From assembly GCA_963923625.1 (NCBI GenBank), contig CAWUMZ010000003.1:1-36171 (forward strand): a stretch of 36,171 nt of DNA, in the 5' to 3' direction. The DNA is from an uncultured bacterium (lineage in GTDB: Bacteria > Actinomycetota > Thermoleophilia > Gaiellales > F1-60-MAGs149). Every line of letters begins with the position of its first letter. The first letter of the stretch is position 1. Under the pieces are notes generated by a model. That model was not told where the DNA came from. It saw only the letters and a list, made by a program, of their open reading frames with translations, and ran no database searches. Both the position numbers and the translations under genes were made by a program. Of the stretch, positions 32,050 to 36,171 are shown one piece after another.

Positions 32050-32429
32050 GCGTGAGGTGCTTCGGGCCGGCGGACGAACCGGACGAGTGCGAGGCCGATC
32101 AGGATCAGGAACGCGCCCGTGATCAGCCCGCCGACCTGAGACGGCGCCGTCGAGATGTCGGCGCGCCACGGGCCGGCGCCGCCGACGAGCGCGAGCACCG
32201 CGTCGCCCAGGATGATCAGCGACGAGACCAGCGCAATGCCGCTGGCACGCGCAGGGCTCGCAGCGCGCTCGGCCATCATCCACGCCAGGCAGATCCCCGC
32301 GATCAGTCCGTCCTTGACGCACACCACGGCGCCGAACGGCGCGACGAACGCCGTGCCGAAGGCGGCCCACGCAGAGGTCGCGGCGTAGGTGGCGGCACAG
32401 CCGCCGGCGACGATCGCGTCGAGCTTCAT
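32046..32429 (-). CDS. Hypothetical ~4-TM membrane protein (127 aa)
   Basis: MKLDAIVAGGCAATY...; hydrophobic throughout; ATGA overlaps with both cydB and the MDR gene. Confidence 0.6.
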   Translation of the reverse strand: MKLDAIVAGGCAATYAATSAWAAFGTAFVAPFGAVVCVKDGLIAGICLAWMMAERAASPARASGIALVSSLIILGDAVLALVGGAGPWRADISTAPSQVGGLITGAFLILIGLALVRFVRRPEAPHA

Positions 32430-33454
32430 CGCTCGGGATCGAACGAGTCGGACTCGGGCAGCTGCCCGCCGAACGTCCGCCAGAGGAAGACGAGCGACGG
32501 GACCAATATCACCGCGCCGGCCGCGAGGCAGACGAGGTAGACCTCGAGCATCGCGTCGCTCGACGCAGCGTCCTGGAACGTGAGGTACGGCGTGACGATG
32601 TACGGCCACTGCGATGCGGCCCAGCCCCACACGACGGCGAGGACGAACGCGACGGCCACGTAGCGGTTGAGGCGGTACGCGCCCGTGTGCGTGACGACAA
32701 AGCCGAGCACCGCGAGGATCCCCGCCGCGACGACGAACGGCAGCCCGCGACCGTGCAGCAGCTCGTGCGACAGCTCGGGCGCCTCGCTCGACGCGAGCAC
32801 CAGCCCGAGGACGGAGAACAGCGCGAAGCCGCCACCTGCGATCATCGCGCGACGGCGGAAGTCCTCGCGCAGCGCACCCTCGGTCTGCGCGGTCAGGAAC
32901 GTCGCCGCGGTGTACGAGCACACGGAGATCGCGAGCAGGCCGACGACGATCGGGAACGGCCGGAAGAACGCGCTCCACGGGACGGGCGCCCACGTGTCGC
33001 CCGCCGGCGCGAGGTCGCCGGCGGCGATCACGCCCGCCGCGGCGCCGAGCGCGAAGGGGGTGATCAGGCTCGAGATGCTGAAGACCACGCCGAACACGCG
33101 CTGCAACTCGGGCTGGTCGTCGGCGTGCGCGCGGAAGACGAAGGCCGCACCGCGCAGGACGATGCCGAGCAGCACCAGGCAGAGCGGCCCGAACAACCCG
33201 ATGCACAGCGCATTGAAGCCCTTCGGGAAGGCCGTGAAGAGCACGACGATCAGGAAGATCACCCAGATGTGGTTGGCCTCCCAGACCGGGCCCATTGCCC
33301 GCGCGATCGCGCCGCGCTGCTCGCCCTTGCGCTCGCCCGTGGCGAAGAGATCCCAGACGCCGCCGCCGAAGTCCGCGCCGGCGAAGACGGCGTACATGCT
33401 CAGCCCGGCACCGAGGGTGAACGCCGCGATCGCGACGAGCGTGGGATCAGTCAC
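32426..33454 (-). CDS. cydB: Cytochrome bd ubiquinol/menaquinol oxidase subunit II (~342 aa)
   Basis: GADFGGGVW, MGPVWEANHIWVIF, FTAFP, IVLRGAAFVFR and QWPYIV motifs; GTG start overlaps the cydA end by 8 nt. Confidence 0.92.
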   Translation of the reverse strand: MTDPTLVAIAAFTLGAGLSMYAVFAGADFGGGVWDLFATGERKGEQRGAIARAMGPVWEANHIWVIFLIVVLFTAFPKGFNALCIGLFGPLCLVLLGIVLRGAAFVFRAHADDQPELQRVFGVVFSISSLITPFALGAAAGVIAAGDLAPAGDTWAPVPWSAFFRPFPIVVGLLAISVCSYTAATFLTAQTEGALREDFRRRAMIAGGGFALFSVLGLVLASSEAPELSHELLHGRGLPFVVAAGILAVLGFVVTHTGAYRLNRYVAVAFVLAVVWGWAASQWPYIVTPYLTFQDAASSDAMLEVYLVCLAAGAVILVPSLVFLWRTFGGQLPESDSFDPER

Positions 33455-34784
33455 CGGGCACCGCCGAGGCCTGCGCCGCCGCGAGGCCCGCGCGCCGACG
33501 CGCAGCCTGCCGCAGCAGGATGCCGACCATGAAGAAGACGAGCACCACGTAGACGGCGCTGAAGAGCACGAACCACTGGAGGATCCCACTCGCCGTCGTG
33601 ACGCTGTCCGAGACCTTCAGCACGTTGTAGATCGCCCACGGCTGGCGGCCCGACTCCGTCGTGATCCACCCCGCCTCGAGGCACAGGTACGCGGCCGGGC
33701 CGCACGCCACGAGCACCCACAGGAACAGCTTCGACTCGAGCCAGTGCCGACGACGACGCCACGCGTAGAGCGCGATCAGCCCGGGCAGGATCAGCGCCGA
33801 CCCGACCGTGATCATCACGTCGTACGCGTAGTGGACGAGCGGCAGGTTGGGCCAGTTCTCCTTCGGGAACGCCTCGAGCCCCGTCACCGTCGCGTGCGGG
33901 TTGTTATACGACAGGACCGACAGGAGGTACGGGATCTCGATGCCGCCCTCGACCTGCTCCGTCTGCGCGTTCGGATAGCCGAACAGCTGGAACGGCGCGC
34001 CCTTCGTCGTCTGGAACAGGCCCTCGGCGGCGGCGAGCTTCTCCGGCTGCTCGTGCACGATCATCACGGCGATCAGATCGCCGGCCGCGAACTGCAGCGG
34101 CATGATGATGCCCGCCACGATCAGCCCGATCGCGAGGCCCGTGCGGTGGTACGAATCGCGGCGGCCCTTCAGCATGCCGACGGCGTAGACACCGGCGACG
34201 GCGAAGCCCGTGCAGACGAATGCGGCGAACAGCATGTGGACGAACTCCGTCGGAAACGCCGGGTTCAGCATCGCGCCGATCGGATCGACGTCGGTGACGG
34301 CGCCGTTCGCATCGAGAGTGAAGCCCGTCGGCGTGTTCATCCACGAGTTCGCCGAGACGATGAAGAAGGCGGACAGCACGCCACCCAGCGCGAGCGGGAT
34401 GCCGCAGAGGAAGTGCGCGCGCGGCGAGAGGCGATCCCAGCCGTAGAGGTACAGGCCGAGGAAGATCGCCTCCGTGAAGAATGCGAAGCCCTCGAGGCTG
34501 AACGGCATGCCGATGATGCCGCCGGCGAACTCCATGAAGCGCGGCCACAGCAGACCGAGCTCGAAGCTGAGCATCGTGCCCGATACGGCGCCGACGATGA
34601 ACGTGACGGCGAACGCCTTGCCCCACGACTTCGCGAGCTGGCGGTACACGACGTTGCCCGTGCGGAGCCACATGCCCTCGGCGATCAGCAGCATGATCGG
34701 CATGCCGATGCCAAGCACGGAGAAGCAGATGTGGAATGCGAGCGACGAGCCCATCTGCGCTCGAGCCGCCATCAATTCGGACAT
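33447..34784 (-). CDS. cydA: Cytochrome bd oxidase subunit I (short Q-loop type)
   Basis: AFHICF (heme His), GAVSGT, EGFAFFTEAIF, ANSWMNTP, FVHM, QPEKLAAAEG, DVM and GWITTESGRQPW motifs; SD GGAGG. Confidence 0.95.
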   Translation of the reverse strand: MSELMAARAQMGSSLAFHICFSVLGIGMPIMLLIAEGMWLRTGNVVYRQLAKSWGKAFAVTFIVGAVSGTMLSFELGLLWPRFMEFAGGIIGMPFSLEGFAFFTEAIFLGLYLYGWDRLSPRAHFLCGIPLALGGVLSAFFIVSANSWMNTPTGFTLDANGAVTDVDPIGAMLNPAFPTEFVHMLFAAFVCTGFAVAGVYAVGMLKGRRDSYHRTGLAIGLIVAGIIMPLQFAAGDLIAVMIVHEQPEKLAAAEGLFQTTKGAPFQLFGYPNAQTEQVEGGIEIPYLLSVLSYNNPHATVTGLEAFPKENWPNLPLVHYAYDVMITVGSALILPGLIALYAWRRRRHWLESKLFLWVLVACGPAAYLCLEAGWITTESGRQPWAIYNVLKVSDSVTTASGILQWFVLFSAVYVVLVFFMVGILLRQAARRRAGLAAAQASAVPGD

Positions 34785-34841
34785 GCGGTGCCTCCCCTCC
34801 CGTGCGCCGTCAGGATAGCGGCACCGCGGCGATCGGCTGGA

Positions 34842-35612
34842 TCAGATGTCCTGCACGCGAGCGAGCATCCGCGTGAGCACGCCGCGCGGTGCGATGCGCG
34901 GCGTCTGCGCCAGCGCCTTGTTGAGGATGCCGGGCACGATCACGCGACGTCCGCCGCGGAACAGCTTCCACCCCGTCCTCGCGACCTCGTCGGCGGGCAT
35001 CACGAAGGGGCCCTTGGTGAGGCTCTCGCCCTGGCCGGAGCGATCCTGGAAGCCCGTCGCGACGGGGCCCGGGCAGAGCGCGCTGACGGTGACGCCGTAG
35101 TTGTCGACCTCCTGCGCGACGCCTTCCGACAGCGCGAGCACGTAGTTCTTCGACGCGTAGTACGCGGCGGCGTGCGGGCCCGGCATGAAGCCGGCGACGG
35201 AGGCGACGTTGAGGATACCGCCGCTGCGGCGCTCGATCATCTGCGGGAGCACCGCGCGCATCAGCGTCGTGAGCGCGGCGACATTGAGGGCGACAAGTGC
35301 GTCGATCTCGGCGGCGTCGGACTCGGCGAACGACTCCCAGATGCCGAAGCCCGCGTTGTTGACGAGCACCTCGATCGGGCGCTCGATCTGCGCGAGCATC
35401 CGCGCCGGTCCGCCGGGCTCGCCGAGGTCCTCCGCGATCACGGCGGCTGAGACGCGATAGCGCGACTGGATCTCGCCGGCCACCGCCTCGAGCGCCTCGC
35501 GGCGACGCGAAACGAGCACCAGATCGAAGCCGTCGGCGGCCGCGCAGCGAGCGAGCTCGAGGCCGATGCCGCCGGACGCTCCGGTGATGACTGCGAGGGG
35601 GCGTTCGCTCAT
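34842..35612 (-). CDS. Short-chain dehydrogenase/reductase (256 aa)
   Basis: TGASGGIG, LVNNAGFG, NVAS, catalytic YYASK and LCPGPVATGF motifs. Confidence 0.92.
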   Translation of the reverse strand: MSERPLAVITGASGGIGLELARCAAADGFDLVLVSRRREALEAVAGEIQSRYRVSAAVIAEDLGEPGGPARMLAQIERPIEVLVNNAGFGIWESFAESDAAEIDALVALNVAALTTLMRAVLPQMIERRSGGILNVASVAGFMPGPHAAAYYASKNYVLALSEGVAQEVDNYGVTVSALCPGPVATGFQDRSGQGESLTKGPFVMPADEVARTGWKLFRGGRRVIVPGILNKALAQTPRIAPRGVLTRMLARVQDI

Positions 35613-36171
35613 TCGCCGTGAAGCATATGGGGATCGAACCCGCGACCGCCGGCGAGCCGATGGACGGCGCGCATGAAGCCGGTCCATTCGGGTCCGGGCA
35701 CAGCGGTGTGATGCGGCGGCCACGCGCCGATCCCCTGGATATCGACCGTGCGGCGCTGCCAGATCAGTCCGACGGCCCACGCACCGCCGTCGAACGGCCC
35801 GACGGTCTCCGGCGCCGTCCATTCCCACACGCGGAGGCGCCGCAGCGCCTCGTCGAAGCGCCGCCACACATCGGGATCGGGCTGGTAGATCGCGACGTCG
35901 ACGAGTCCGCCCTCGTCCCACTCGCGGTAGCGCAGCACGGGCCCGAGCAGCGAGCCGATCGCGAGCATCGGCCCGATCACCGGCTCGGGATCGTCCACGG
36001 GGTTGTCCGTCCACGCGTCCGGGTCCGCCGCGATCGCGGCGCTGGTGAGGTCGAGCTGCCAGCTCGCGCCGACGGTGTTCGACACCGCGATCCTGAGTGC
36101 GTCGGGGATCTCCACACCTGGAGGTTCGCAGGTCGCCTGTTCGCAGACCTGCTCCCGCACCTCGGCTACCC
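35609..36171 (-). CDS. Hypothetical protein (possibly 5'-truncated by the window edge)
   Basis: The frame is open from the window edge to a TGA that overlaps the SDR ATG (ATGA). Trp-rich; no motif recognised. Confidence 0.55.
   Translation of the reverse strand, partial: VAEVREQVCEQATCEPPGVEIPDALRIAVSNTVGASWQLDLTSAAIAADPDAWTDNPVDDPEPVIGPMLAIGSLLGPVLRYREWDEGGLVDVAIYQPDPDVWRRFDEALRRLRVWEWTAPETVGPFDGGAWAVGLIWQRRTVDIQGIGAWPPHHTAVPGPEWTGFMRAVHRLAGGRGFDPHMLHGE

Noticed and set aside
32667-35450. 927-aa plus-strand ORF opposite cydAB and the SDR
   Set aside because: Antisense shadow of recognisable minus-strand genes.

Overview
A high-GC, gene-dense chromosomal window that looks actinobacterial. 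Thermoleophilia/Gaiellales is an inference from protein style and the frequent leaderless starts. From left to right it holds: the 5' end of an atypical response-regulator-like gene; two tandem paralogous secreted CAP-domain proteins; a compact form I aerobic CO dehydrogenase cluster (coxG-coxM-coxS-coxL-XdhC/YHS); a divergent lon; a secreted protein with two Cys-His repeats and a DUF11 domain; an Fe-type alcohol dehydrogenase; a REP/REPIN-like palindrome pair; an SSI-family lipoprotein; a type IA topoisomerase with a Topo III-like core and TopA-type tail; a stand-alone 2-oxoglutarate dehydrogenase E1 directly before glcDEF; an O-methyltransferase; an ABC-2 exporter; an MFS transporter; an M20 peptidase; an MDR oxidoreductase; cydAB; an SDR; and a partial hypothetical gene. 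I saw no rRNA, tRNA, CRISPR array, transposase or phage gene. The best leads are the E1-glcDEF pairing (possible glyoxylate carboligation), the cox cluster lacking coxDE with a YHS-fused XdhC, the CAP paralog pair with a shared upstream motif, the Cys-His repeat protein, and the apparently chimeric topoisomerase. All calls come from motif recognition by eye; no database searches were run.
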